Below are positions 20,542-29,481 of a stretch of 41,147 bases of DNA, piece by piece. Numbering within the stretch: position 1 is the stretch's first letter; each line of letters starts with the position of its first letter. A program made the position numbers and the translations under genes. Under the pieces are notes generated by a model. It was not told where the DNA came from and did no database searches. It was given only the letters and a program-made list of their open reading frames with translations. The DNA comes from Bacteroidales bacterium. Its GTDB lineage: Bacteria; Bacteroidota; Bacteroidia; Bacteroidales; Bacteroidaceae. The stretch lies in NCBI GenBank assembly GCA_004557285.1, contig SFEK01000001.1:1-41147 (forward strand). The letters are read 5' to 3'.

Positions 20542-20567
20542 ACAATGGCAATATCTCGTTATATACG

Positions 20568-22994
20568 ATGATGATACAAAAGCGAACACTACTTTTCACG
20601 ATAGCCCTGCTGTGGCTCGTTGCGGCCACGGCGCAGACTTTCACCCTGCAGGGCAAGGTGACCGACAGCGACATGAGCCCCATCGAACTGGCCACGGTTT
20701 CGGTGCTCAGCCAGGGTCGTGTGGCCATGACCAATCTCAAGGGCGAGTTTTCCATGCAGCTGCAGAGTGCCGACAGCGTGGTGGTGAAATTTTCGATGGT
20801 GGGCTACAAGACCAAGACCCGTGTGCTGCGCCGCCCACGCGGCAAGCAGACGCTGCAGATACAGTTGTTTGACGACAACCTGCTCTCCGAAGTGACCGTG
20901 ACCGAAAAGAAACGGCAGACGGGAAGCACACAGCAGCTCGATGCCAAGGACCTGCAGCACACGCCCAGCGTGACGGGTAATGCCGTTGAAGAACTGATAC
21001 AGCAGCAGGCAGGCGTGTCGAGCCACAGCGAACTGTCGTCGCAATACAACGTGCGTGGCGGAAGTTTTGACGAGAACAGCGTGTATATCAACAATGTGGA
21101 GGTGTATCGCCCCTTCCTGGTGCGCAGCGGACAGCAGGAAGGCCTGTCAATCATCAACCCCGACATGGTGCAGTCGATCGGCTTCTCCACGGGCGGTTTC
21201 GAGGCCATCTATGGCGACAAGATGTCGTCGGCACTCGACATCACCTACAAGCGGCCCAAGGGCTTCGAGGCCAAGGCATCGGCCAGTCTGCTCGGGGCAA
21301 GTGCCTATGTGGGCTTCAGCAACAAGAAGTTCAGCTGGAGCAACGGCCTGCGCTACAAGACCAACAAGGGTATGCTCTCCACCCTCGACACCGACGGCGA
21401 GTATGACCCCAAATTCCTCGACTACCAGACATTCCTCACCTACAGCCCCTCCAAGCGGTGGGACATCTCCTTCATCGGCGACATCTCTGACAGCCGCTAC
21501 AACTTCTATCCCGAAAACCGCGAAACCAAGTTTGGCACCATGCAGAGCGTCAAGGCGTTCAAGGTGTATTTCGACGGTTGGGAGAAGGATGTGTTCACCA
21601 CCTTCTTCGGATCGCTCAACATCACCCACAAGCTCAACGACAAGACCCAGTTCTCGCTCATCACCTCGGCATTCCACACCAACGAGCAGGAACGCTATGA
21701 CATCCAGGGGCAGTATTGGCTCAACGAGACCGAAACCAACGAGAACCTCGGCGTGGGCACCTATATGGAACATGCACGCAACTATCTCAAGGCCACCGTC
21801 AAGAGCGTGAAGCTGGCCGTGAGCCACAAGCCCAAGAACCACCACATACAGGCGGGTCTTACCTACAAGATAGAGAAAATCAGAGAATATACCAAGGAAT
21901 ATGAGATGCGCGACTCCAGCGGCTACAGCGTGCCTCACACGGGGCAAGACCTCTACATGATCTATTCGCTCAAGGCCAACAACAAGCTCGATGCCAACCG
22001 CGTGGAAACCTATATCCAGGACACCTGGAAATTTGCCAACGCTGATGAAACCACCTTCTACACGCTCAACTATGGCGTGAGGTTCAGCCATTGGAACTTC
22101 AACAAGGAGAGCATCTTCAGTCCGCGTGTGTCGCTGGGCATCGTGCCGGCATTCAACAACGATGTCACCCTGCGTTTCGCCACAGGCTTCTACTACCAGG
22201 CTCCCTTCTTCAAGGAGCTGCGCGACACCTTCACCGTCAACAACATCACACATGCCACGCTCAACCGCAAAATCAAGAGCCAGCAGAGCATACATTTCAT
22301 CGCCGGTTTCGACTACCGCTTCAAGCTGCGCGAGCGGCCCTACCGCTTTTCGGCCGAGGCCTACTACAAGGCGTTGAACAATCTGGTGCCCTATACCGTC
22401 AACAACGTGAAGATCACCTACGATGCCAGTCAGCAATGTAGCGGACACGCCGCAGGACTCGACCTGAAGCTCTACGGCGAGTTTGTGCCCGGCACCGACT
22501 CGTGGGTAAGCCTGTCGCTCATGAGCACCAAGATGAAAATCAACGGCAGGAGCATCCCCATGCCCACCGACCAGCGTTATGCCGTCAACCTGTTCTTCAC
22601 CGACTATTTCCCGGGCACCGACCGCTGGAAGATGTCGCTCAAACTGGCCATTGCCGACGGTCTGCCCTTCGGCGCACCCCACCGCGACCTCTCCGACCAG
22701 CCTTTCCGCGCACCGGCCTACCGCCGTGCCGACATCGGCATGAGCTATCTGGCCTACGGCAAGCACAAGACGTCTGCCGAAGAAGTGGTGATATCGCCCA
22801 AAAACAAGAAAAAGAAAAAGAAGAGCAGCATCCCCGTCAAGGCGGTGTGGCTGGGCATCGACTGCCTCAACCTGCTGGGCATCAACAACGTGAACTCTTA
22901 CTACTGGATTACCGACGTGACCAACCAGCAATATGCCGTGCCCAATTATCTCACAGGTAGGCAGCTAAATGTCAAGGCCACCATCGAATTCTGA
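20568..22994 (+). CDS. TonB-dependent receptor with N-terminal carboxypeptidase-regulatory-like domain
   Basis: Signal peptide, FSMVGYK, plug motifs YNVRGG..DEN and GGF.A.YGDKMSSALDI, C-terminal Phe. Confidence 0.93.
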   Translation: MMIQKRTLLFTIALLWLVAATAQTFTLQGKVTDSDMSPIELATVSVLSQGRVAMTNLKGEFSMQLQSADSVVVKFSMVGYKTKTRVLRRPRGKQTLQIQLFDDNLLSEVTVTEKKRQTGSTQQLDAKDLQHTPSVTGNAVEELIQQQAGVSSHSELSSQYNVRGGSFDENSVYINNVEVYRPFLVRSGQQEGLSIINPDMVQSIGFSTGGFEAIYGDKMSSALDITYKRPKGFEAKASASLLGASAYVGFSNKKFSWSNGLRYKTNKGMLSTLDTDGEYDPKFLDYQTFLTYSPSKRWDISFIGDISDSRYNFYPENRETKFGTMQSVKAFKVYFDGWEKDVFTTFFGSLNITHKLNDKTQFSLITSAFHTNEQERYDIQGQYWLNETETNENLGVGTYMEHARNYLKATVKSVKLAVSHKPKNHHIQAGLTYKIEKIREYTKEYEMRDSSGYSVPHTGQDLYMIYSLKANNKLDANRVETYIQDTWKFANADETTFYTLNYGVRFSHWNFNKESIFSPRVSLGIVPAFNNDVTLRFATGFYYQAPFFKELRDTFTVNNITHATLNRKIKSQQSIHFIAGFDYRFKLRERPYRFSAEAYYKALNNLVPYTVNNVKITYDASQQCSGHAAGLDLKLYGEFVPGTDSWVSLSLMSTKMKINGRSIPMPTDQRYAVNLFFTDYFPGTDRWKMSLKLAIADGLPFGAPHRDLSDQPFRAPAYRRADIGMSYLAYGKHKTSAEEVVISPKNKKKKKKSSIPVKAVWLGIDCLNLLGINNVNSYYWITDVTNQQYAVPNYLTGRQLNVKATIEF

Positions 22995-23072
22995 TGTTCA
23001 TGTCCACTCCTTGCTGTTCGTATTCACCAAAACGGTCATGGCTGCCAAAGGGGGTGCGGCATACAAACCAAC

Positions 23073-23121
23073 AATAACTGTACAACTGTAATGACTGTAC
23101 AACTGTAATGACTGTAATTTC
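23073..23121. repeat. Tandem array of five ACTGTA cores (minus strand ATTACAG/GTACAG), 8/9-bp alternating spacing
   Basis: ACTGTA at 23077, 23085, 23094, 23102 and 23111; flanked by inverted GGCTGCC (23040-46) / GGCAGCC (23126-32). Confidence 0.85.
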
Positions 23122-23174
23122 GAAAGGCAGCCACAAGAGAACTCTCGTATAGGGAGAAACAGCAAACCCCATCC

Positions 23175-23552
23175 ATGGAAACGAACATTGAAGACATACG
23201 TGCTTTTGCCCTGTCGCTGCAAGGCGTGACCGAAGACATGCCCTTTGGCGACGACAATGTGGTATTTCGCATAGGAGGAAAAATTTTCCTCTGCCTCTCG
23301 TTGGCGGCAGACAATCCCCATTTTGCCCTCAAGCTATTGCCCGGGCGCAACGAAGAGTTGAGGGAGCAACACGCCGACATCACCCCCGCCTATCATTGGA
23401 ACAAGAAGCATTGGAGCGACGTGTTCTACAAGAGGGGATTTGCCCCCGACACCATCAACCGGCTCATCGAAGAGTCGTATCTGCTGGTGCTACATCAGCT
23501 GCCCAAAAAGACAAGAGAGGAGATTTCAAGACTCTCGCACCCTCTGCCTTGA
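23175..23552 (+). CDS. MmcQ/YjbR family DNA-binding protein
   Basis: PFGD..VFRIGGKIF, PAYHWNKKHW, LIEESY.LV..LPKK. Confidence 0.93.
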   Translation: METNIEDIRAFALSLQGVTEDMPFGDDNVVFRIGGKIFLCLSLAADNPHFALKLLPGRNEELREQHADITPAYHWNKKHWSDVFYKRGFAPDTINRLIEESYLLVLHQLPKKTREEISRLSHPLP

Positions 23553-23645
23553 ACCGCTGATGAAACGATGAAGGTGCTCCCCTCAGGGGCAACAGCTTGT
23601 TCACGGTATATTCACAGCAATTGACATACTCTCAAAGAAAATACG

Positions 23646-25145
23646 TCAAAACGGCATGGGACCACCCATCGGTTCGCCAAACGGTGGTGGCGGCGGCACA
23701 TTACCGCCATCGCCGCCATTGAGCCGAGAGCCGATGATTTCGCCGCCGCCGATGGGCAGGCGATCGCCCTCGCCGGGATTGTCGAAACGCGTGAACTCGC
23801 CGCGGAAGGTGAGCGTCACGTCGCCCGTGCCACCCTTACGGTGCTTGGCGATGATGATCTGCGCCTTGCCGCGCAGGTCGTTGCCCTTCTCGTCGGTAAA
23901 TATGCGGTAATATTCGGGTCGATGCACAAAGAGCACCATGTCGGCATCCTGCTCGATGGCACCCGACTCACGCAGGTCGCTCAGCTGCGGGCGTTTGCCC
24001 TCCAAGCCCTCGCGCCCCTCCACGGTACGGTTCAGCTGCGAGAGGGCCAGCACAGGCACGTCCAACTCCTTGGCCAGCGACTTGAGCGAGCGGCTGATGG
24101 TGGAAACCTCCTCCTGACGACTGCCGAATTTGGCGCCGCTGGCGTTCATCAGCTGCAGGTAGTCAATCATGATGATCTTCACCCCCTTTTCGCGCACCAG
24201 CCGTCGGGCCTTGGTGCGCAGTTCGAAAATCGACATGCCCGGCGTGTCGTCGATGAAGATGGGAGCCTGCTGCAGCCGTCGGATGTTCTTGTCCAGGCGG
24301 CTCCACTCCTCGTCGTCGAGCTGTCCGTTGAGGATTTTCTTGCCCGAAATCTCGCACACGTTAGCCATCAGTCGGTTGCACAGCTGCACATTGTTCATTT
24401 CGAGCGAGAAGAAGGCAACGGGCGTGTTGTAGTCCACGGCAACGTTCTTGGCCAGCGAGAGAGCGAAGGCGGTCTTGCCCATGGCCGGTCGTCCGGCGAT
24501 GATCACCAGGTCGCTCTTCTGCCATCCCGAGGTATAGTCGTCGAGCTTGGCATATCCCGTGGGCAGTCCCGTGAGACCACCCTTGTTGGCGGCCGCCTGC
24601 TGCAATATCCTCACGGCCTGCTCCACCACCGAGTCAATCTGCTCGTAGTCCTTGCGCATGTTATTCTGCGAGAGCTGGAACAGGTTGCTCTCCGTCTCCT
24701 GCATCAGTTCGTCCACATCCACCGTTTCGTCGAAGGCCTTGGTTTCCACCACGCTGGCAAACGAGATGAGCTGCCTGGCGAGTGATTTCTGCGCCAGAAT
24801 CTTGGCATGGTATTCGATGTGCGCCGACGAGGCCACGGCCGAGCTCAGGTCGAGGATATACCCCGGGCCACCGATATTGTCGAGGTTGCCGTCACGTTTC
24901 AGCTGTTCGATGACGGTCATGATGTCCACGGGGCTTTCCTCGATGTTGAGAGTCTGTATCGCCTTGAAAATCTTCTGGTGCTTTGGTTCGTAGAACGTCT
25001 CCGGTTTGAGTACCTCGCTCACCACCGAGAAGGCATCCTTGTCAATCATAAGCGCTCCGAGCACGATGCGCTCGATGTCGGTGGCCTGCGGCTGCAGGTG
25101 TCCGAAATGGTTGTCTATGGGTCGTGTATTTTTCCTTTCTGCCAT
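23646..25145 (-). CDS. dnaB: Replicative DNA helicase
   Basis: AGRPAMGKT Walker A, FFSLEM, IDYLQLM, LSQLNR, SDLRESGAIEQDAD. Confidence 0.98.
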   Translation of the reverse strand: MAERKNTRPIDNHFGHLQPQATDIERIVLGALMIDKDAFSVVSEVLKPETFYEPKHQKIFKAIQTLNIEESPVDIMTVIEQLKRDGNLDNIGGPGYILDLSSAVASSAHIEYHAKILAQKSLARQLISFASVVETKAFDETVDVDELMQETESNLFQLSQNNMRKDYEQIDSVVEQAVRILQQAAANKGGLTGLPTGYAKLDDYTSGWQKSDLVIIAGRPAMGKTAFALSLAKNVAVDYNTPVAFFSLEMNNVQLCNRLMANVCEISGKKILNGQLDDEEWSRLDKNIRRLQQAPIFIDDTPGMSIFELRTKARRLVREKGVKIIMIDYLQLMNASGAKFGSRQEEVSTISRSLKSLAKELDVPVLALSQLNRTVEGREGLEGKRPQLSDLRESGAIEQDADMVLFVHRPEYYRIFTDEKGNDLRGKAQIIIAKHRKGGTGDVTLTFRGEFTRFDNPGEGDRLPIGGGEIIGSRLNGGDGGNVPPPPPFGEPMGGPMPF

Positions 25146-25192
25146 ATTGTGTGTTGAATGTATGAAATGTTACGCCACGGGAATATTTTTTG

Positions 25193-25200
25193 CAAAGGTA
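25193..25200 (-). promoter_or_regulatory. -7 box of the dnaB promoter
   Basis: TACCTTTG on the minus strand about 48 nt upstream of the ATG. Confidence 0.6.
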
Positions 25201-25542
25201 CTCATTTTTTCCGTTCCAAGAGCCAAGTAGCTCCTTTTTTCTTTTCACCGATGGCCGGAAGGAGGGGGCAAATCATCAAGCAGGCAGCAGCAATATGCCA
25301 CGACACCGTCGAAACGACAGATTTCATGGTATCCAGAAGCAGAATGGGCAAAGATTGGCAAAATACTTCAGGAGGGCCAACTCTTGGATATTCATGCTAC
25401 ACGAGCCACTTCGGCATAGGCAGGGGCAACTGAAGGGGCAAAAAATGCGTAGCTATTTTGTTTTTTTCAGGACAAACACATCATGGATGAAGAAAAAGAT
25501 GTATATTTGCAGGTGTCACCACCTCATTTATCGATAAAATCC

Positions 25543-25650
25543 ATGGACATATACAGCATCTATACATACGAAATACACGAGGGCGACAAAAGTCTGCTCT
25601 ACTAAGACACGGGCCAGAAAGCCATCGACAGGGCTCACGACATCGTCTCT
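25543..25650 (+). pseudogene. Possible gene remnant or small ORF (MDIYSIYTYEIHEGDKSLLY*DTGQKAIDRAHDIV)
   Basis: Preceded by TATATTTG (25502-25509) and an A-rich leader; codons stay protein-like across an in-frame TAA at 25603-25605. Confidence 0.3.
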
Positions 25651-25693
25651 CCCCCTCTGAATCCGGAGGGGGAGCCTTGTTGAAAAAAAAGAA

Positions 25694-26626
25694 CTACAGG
25701 TTGCTCACCTCGTCTGTCGTCAAGCCCGTGATTTCGGCTATCAGTTCCAACGACAGGCCGTGGGCTTTCATCTTACGAGCATTTTCAACCTTCTCATCTC
25801 TTTGACCTTCTGCACGACCTTCTGCACGGCCTTCTGCACGGCCTTCTGCACGGCCTTCTGCACGACCTTCTGCACGACCTTCTGCACGACCTTCCAGAAG
25901 ACCTTGTTCATGCCCTTCCAGGCGTGCGCCTTCAAACACGCTGATGGTGTCGCGGTATTTCTTCAGAGCCACATCATATTTCAGGCGTTCATCACGCGTC
26001 ATCGCACCCACGTCGGCTATGCTCTCCAGTTTCTTGAACACGGCGCTCTGGGCCGCCCAAGGCAATCTGCTTAATGTTTCCATATTCTTCAATAAATAAA
26101 TCCAACGTTCCACTTGACTCTCACACTCATCGGCTTCCTTGACAAACAACGGGAGCTGAAGGAATATCATACGCAACTTGTCGGAAAACTGCTCCAACGA
26201 GCCCTTCTCTGCCAATACCACATCCGTGCGGAACTGCTTCTTGAAATCCATCGGGGTGAAATTCAGAAAAGCCACCAAACAGACCGAATCTATCTCATAT
26301 TTCCAGGACGAACCACGCTCGCCCTGACGGGCAATCGACTCCGATATGTAATAGATGCTCCTGTTCTTGAAAAAGGGCTGCGACTTGTTTTGCATCTCCA
26401 CGATGATGTGCTCACCCTCGTCGGTCTCACAATAGATGTCGTAGATCAGCGACCTGTCTTCCTCAAACAGAGCAGGCTGTTCCTTGTCGAGGAAGGTGAG
26501 GTTGACGATATGTTTCTCGCCCTCGAACAGGCTGTTGAGGAAGTCGAGCAACAACGGTTTGGACAATTCCTGACCGAAGATTCTCTTGAAACCTACATCG
26601 GTAAAAGGATTAATGTATTTGACCAT
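25694..26626 (-). CDS. Rpn family recombination-promoting nuclease / putative transposase (PD-(D/E)XK)
   Basis: YINPFTDVGFKRIFG, DIYCE...IIVEMQ catalytic motif, FLQLP.F, WIYLLKN, EGRA repeats, C-terminal IAEITGL. Confidence 0.95.
   Translation of the reverse strand: MVKYINPFTDVGFKRIFGQELSKPLLLDFLNSLFEGEKHIVNLTFLDKEQPALFEEDRSLIYDIYCETDEGEHIIVEMQNKSQPFFKNRSIYYISESIARQGERGSSWKYEIDSVCLVAFLNFTPMDFKKQFRTDVVLAEKGSLEQFSDKLRMIFLQLPLFVKEADECESQVERWIYLLKNMETLSRLPWAAQSAVFKKLESIADVGAMTRDERLKYDVALKKYRDTISVFEGARLEGHEQGLLEGRAEGRAEGRAEGRAEGRAEGRAEGRAEGQRDEKVENARKMKAHGLSLELIAEITGLTTDEVSNL
25806..25894. repeat. Coding 12-bp VNTR, seven copies of CCTTCTGCACG(A/G) encoding (EGRA)n in rpn
   Basis: Counted directly; matches seven GRAE units in the translation. 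Confidence 0.95.
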
Positions 26627-26643
26627 ATCACGAATTTTGACAC

Positions 26644-26815
26644 AAAGATAGTGCAAATGAGTGAAATATCAAAGCAAAAAAAAGAGTTTTTTGCTTTTGT
26701 ATTTCCGAGTGCATCCTATTTTATGTAAAGATAGTGCAAATGAGTGAAATATCAAAGCAAAAAAAAGATTTTTTGCTTTTGTATTTCCGAGTGCAGCCTA
26801 TTTTTTATATAAAGA
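26644..26815. repeat. Two tandem 83-84 bp direct repeats, each a long imperfect hairpin, upstream of rpn
   Basis: Units begin AAAGATAGTGCAAATGAGTG at 26644 and 26727, with a residual AAAGA at 26811; internal stem GAAATA..AAAGCAAAAAA / TTTTTTGCTTT..TATTTC. Confidence 0.92.
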
Positions 26816-26843
26816 CAGCTTTGGCTGATTTTCTGTTGCATAA

Positions 26844-27548
26844 TCACTTCACATAAAAATCACGGGTAAGTGCTTCATACCACGGCGAACGGCTGCCGTC
26901 AGACTGGTTGAGACACACTTCTTGCTGCTCCACGCCTGCGGGCGACTGTCTGGCCCATGCCAGCAGATAGCGGGTGGCAGACTTGCGCGGCACCGTTTTC
27001 ACGGCACACACTCTGGTGGGATAAAGACCGCAGAGGGCGGCTTGCATGTCGAAATCCGTCTTGCGTGGGGCAGGGATGACCACCGACAGTTCTCCATCAG
27101 GGGAGAGCAGACGGGCGGCATGGCGCATCAGTTGGGCCACCGGCAGGGCATCCTCGTGGCGAGCCATCGATCGTCTGTGGTCGGGACAGCGAAGCGAGGA
27201 GGCAAAAAACGGAGGGTTGCACACAATGGCGTCAAACGGGGCATGATGTGAAACATAGTCCTGCAACCGGGCGCGGCATATCTCCACACGCATGGCATAA
27301 GGCGAATCCGCCACATTCTGCCGCGCCTGGAGGCAGGCCTCGCCGTCGATGTCGATGCCCACCACCTGCGCCCCACCGTTGCGCTGGGCCATCATGAGGG
27401 CTACGATTGCCGTGCCTGTGCCCACATCAAGGATGCGGGAGCCGCCCCGTGCCCATGCGCCGAGCAGCACGCCGTCGGTGCCCACCTTCATGGCGCAACG
27501 CTCCTGGTGGATGGTGAAACGGCGGAAACTGAAAAAAGTGTTTGACAT
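26844..27548 (-). CDS. yfiC: tRNA1(Val) (adenine(37)-N6)-methyltransferase
   Basis: CAMKVGTDGVLLGAW, LDVGTGT, CNPPFF, ARH, terminal FY. Confidence 0.92.
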   Translation of the reverse strand: MSNTFFSFRRFTIHQERCAMKVGTDGVLLGAWARGGSRILDVGTGTAIVALMMAQRNGGAQVVGIDIDGEACLQARQNVADSPYAMRVEICRARLQDYVSHHAPFDAIVCNPPFFASSLRCPDHRRSMARHEDALPVAQLMRHAARLLSPDGELSVVIPAPRKTDFDMQAALCGLYPTRVCAVKTVPRKSATRYLLAWARQSPAGVEQQEVCLNQSDGSRSPWYEALTRDFYVK

Positions 27549-27692
27549 ATTTTTTATTCATTACGGGTGGGTTATCTTCATCAGCTTTGCCATAGACAGC
27601 CACCAATGTATATCTTGCGATGGTCATCAACAGAACACACCTGCACGAACCTGTGGTTCTTGTTTGATGGTGCGTTGATGCCACTACACATT

Positions 27693-29300
27693 TCAGAGGG
27701 AAAGTCTTTGGCAAGAAAGATATTCCTTGGCGGCTTGGGCACAACGCTCGCCATCCACTCCTGCCGACACGATGCCTCCGGCATAGCCGGCACCCTCGCC
27801 ACAGGGGAAGAGCCCCTCGATGCGCACATGCTGCAGGGTGTCGTTGTGGCGCAGGATGCGCACGGGCGACGAGGTGCGTGTCTCGGCGGCGATGAGCACA
27901 GCCTCGTTGGTGAGGAAACCGTGGCTCATGCGGCCAAAGGCCTTGAAGCCCTCCTGCAGGCGGCGACTGATAGCCTGTGGCAACCAGAAGTGGAGTGGAC
28001 TGGATATCAAGCCCGGAGCGTAGGACGACTGGGGGAGGTCATAGCTCAAGCGGCTGTTCACGAAGTCGGCCATACGCTGTGCAGGCGCATTCTGCCTCAT
28101 GTTGCCTTGCTGCCAGCAGTCGTGCTCTATGCGTTCCTGATAATGCATCATGCACAGGGCACTATCGTGCGTGCCTGGCGGCAGGAGGGTCGGGTCGATG
28201 TCATCGGGATGCAGTTCAACCACCATACCGCTGTTCGACCATCGTGAGCCGCGGTTGCTGGGACTCATGCCGTTGACCACAATCTGCTCTGGACCTGTGG
28301 CGGCCGGAATGACAAAGCCGCCCGGGCACATGCAGAACGAATACACGCCACGCCCCTCCACTTGGGTCACGAAACTGTATTCGGCGGCTGGCAGATAGCG
28401 TCCGCGCCCGTTCTTGCTGTGATACTGTATGCGGTCTATCAGCTCGGCGGGATGCTCCAGGCGCACACCCATGGCCAAGGGCTTGGCCTCGAGGTCTATG
28501 CCTTGGTCGTGCAGATAGCGGTACACATCGCGTCCTGAATGCCCTGTGGCAAGAATCACGGGTCCGCGGAACTCCAGTTCACGACCGTCGCGCAGGTCAA
28601 CGGCCTCCACACCCTCCACACGGTCGCCACGCAGCAGCAGCCCCGTCATCTTGGTTTGGAAATGCACCTCGCCTCCGCAGTTCAGAATGGTGTTGCGCAT
28701 GTTCTCGATCACGCGCGGCAGTTTGTCGGTACCGATGTGCGGATGGGCATCGGCCAGTATGTCCGTAGAGGCTCCATGCTGGCAGAACACGTTCAGGATT
28801 TTGGCTATGCTGCCCCGTTTCTTGCTGCGGGTATATAGTTTGCCGTCTGAATAGGCACCTGCCCCACCCTCGCCGAAGCAATAGTTGCTTTCGCCATCCA
28901 CCTTGTGGGTTCGGGTGATGGCAGCAAGGTCTTTCTTGCGCCCGTGCACATCCTTGCCCCGCTCGACGACCACGGGGCGCACGCCGCCCTCAATCAGCCT
29001 CAGGGCGGCAAAAAGCCCCCCGGGGCCTGCACCTACAACCACCACCTGCGGGGCACCGGCCGGCAGCTCGTTGTAGATGGTGTGCTCATAGGCATCATCC
29101 TGCGGCTGCTCGTTGATATACACCCTCACCTTGAGGTTGATGAAAATGGCACGCTGGCGGGCGTCGATGCTGCGCTTGAGCACCCGCACGGCCTTGACGG
29201 TGCGGGCGTCGATAGCCTTCTCTCGGGCTATGCAGGCCTTGATGTTCTGCTCGCTTGCCGCCTCTTGGGGCGACAGTCTCAACTGGTATTCGTATGTCAT
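27693..29300 (-). CDS. FAD/NAD(P)-dependent oxidoreductase (uncharacterised FAD-dependent dehydrogenase family)
   Basis: VGAGPGG, FGEGGAGAYSDGKL, PHIGTD, SFCMCPGG, ETRTSSP, GEGAGYAGGI. Confidence 0.92.
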   Translation of the reverse strand: MTYEYQLRLSPQEAASEQNIKACIAREKAIDARTVKAVRVLKRSIDARQRAIFINLKVRVYINEQPQDDAYEHTIYNELPAGAPQVVVVGAGPGGLFAALRLIEGGVRPVVVERGKDVHGRKKDLAAITRTHKVDGESNYCFGEGGAGAYSDGKLYTRSKKRGSIAKILNVFCQHGASTDILADAHPHIGTDKLPRVIENMRNTILNCGGEVHFQTKMTGLLLRGDRVEGVEAVDLRDGRELEFRGPVILATGHSGRDVYRYLHDQGIDLEAKPLAMGVRLEHPAELIDRIQYHSKNGRGRYLPAAEYSFVTQVEGRGVYSFCMCPGGFVIPAATGPEQIVVNGMSPSNRGSRWSNSGMVVELHPDDIDPTLLPPGTHDSALCMMHYQERIEHDCWQQGNMRQNAPAQRMADFVNSRLSYDLPQSSYAPGLISSPLHFWLPQAISRRLQEGFKAFGRMSHGFLTNEAVLIAAETRTSSPVRILRHNDTLQHVRIEGLFPCGEGAGYAGGIVSAGVDGERCAQAAKEYLSCQRLSL

Positions 29301-29330
29301 GATATTTGGTGTGCCGAATTGTTTTTTGTG

Positions 29331-29389
29331 CAAAATTAGCAATAATCATGAAAAAATGTTGCCGCAAAGAGGAAAACTTATTAAATTTG
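29331..29389. promoter_or_regulatory. Divergent promoters for the FAD oxidoreductase (-) and thrA (+)
   Basis: TAATTTTG on minus (29331-29338) and TAAATTTG on plus (29382-29389). Confidence 0.6.
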
Positions 29390-29481
29390 TGGCTGTTTTC
29401 GTTTTTCACGTTAAAATGCAGGTGGCCGGGCTGCTGCCATCTACACACATTTATCAATAAAGAATAACAAGTTTGGTTTAG

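Noticed and set aside
23646..25145. Intein in DnaB
   Set aside because: Normal length (499 aa) with contiguous helicase motifs.
25158..25537. ORFs of 91 and 115 aa between dnaB and rpn
   Set aside because: They overlap promoter and AT-rich sequence and show no motifs or host-like codon pattern.
25694..26626. rpn as an insertion sequence
   Set aside because: No terminal inverted repeats or target duplication seen around it; Rpn proteins are not demonstrated transposases.
26644..26815. 83-bp repeats as a CRISPR array
   Set aside because: The units are contiguous and nearly identical over their whole length, have no spacers and are too long for CRISPR repeats.
29343..29481. Thr/Ile leader peptide attenuator upstream of thrA; T-box or leader upstream of thrS and pheS
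   Set aside because: No Thr-rich short ORF or terminator/antiterminator seen; the thrS and pheS leaders are too short after their -7 boxes.
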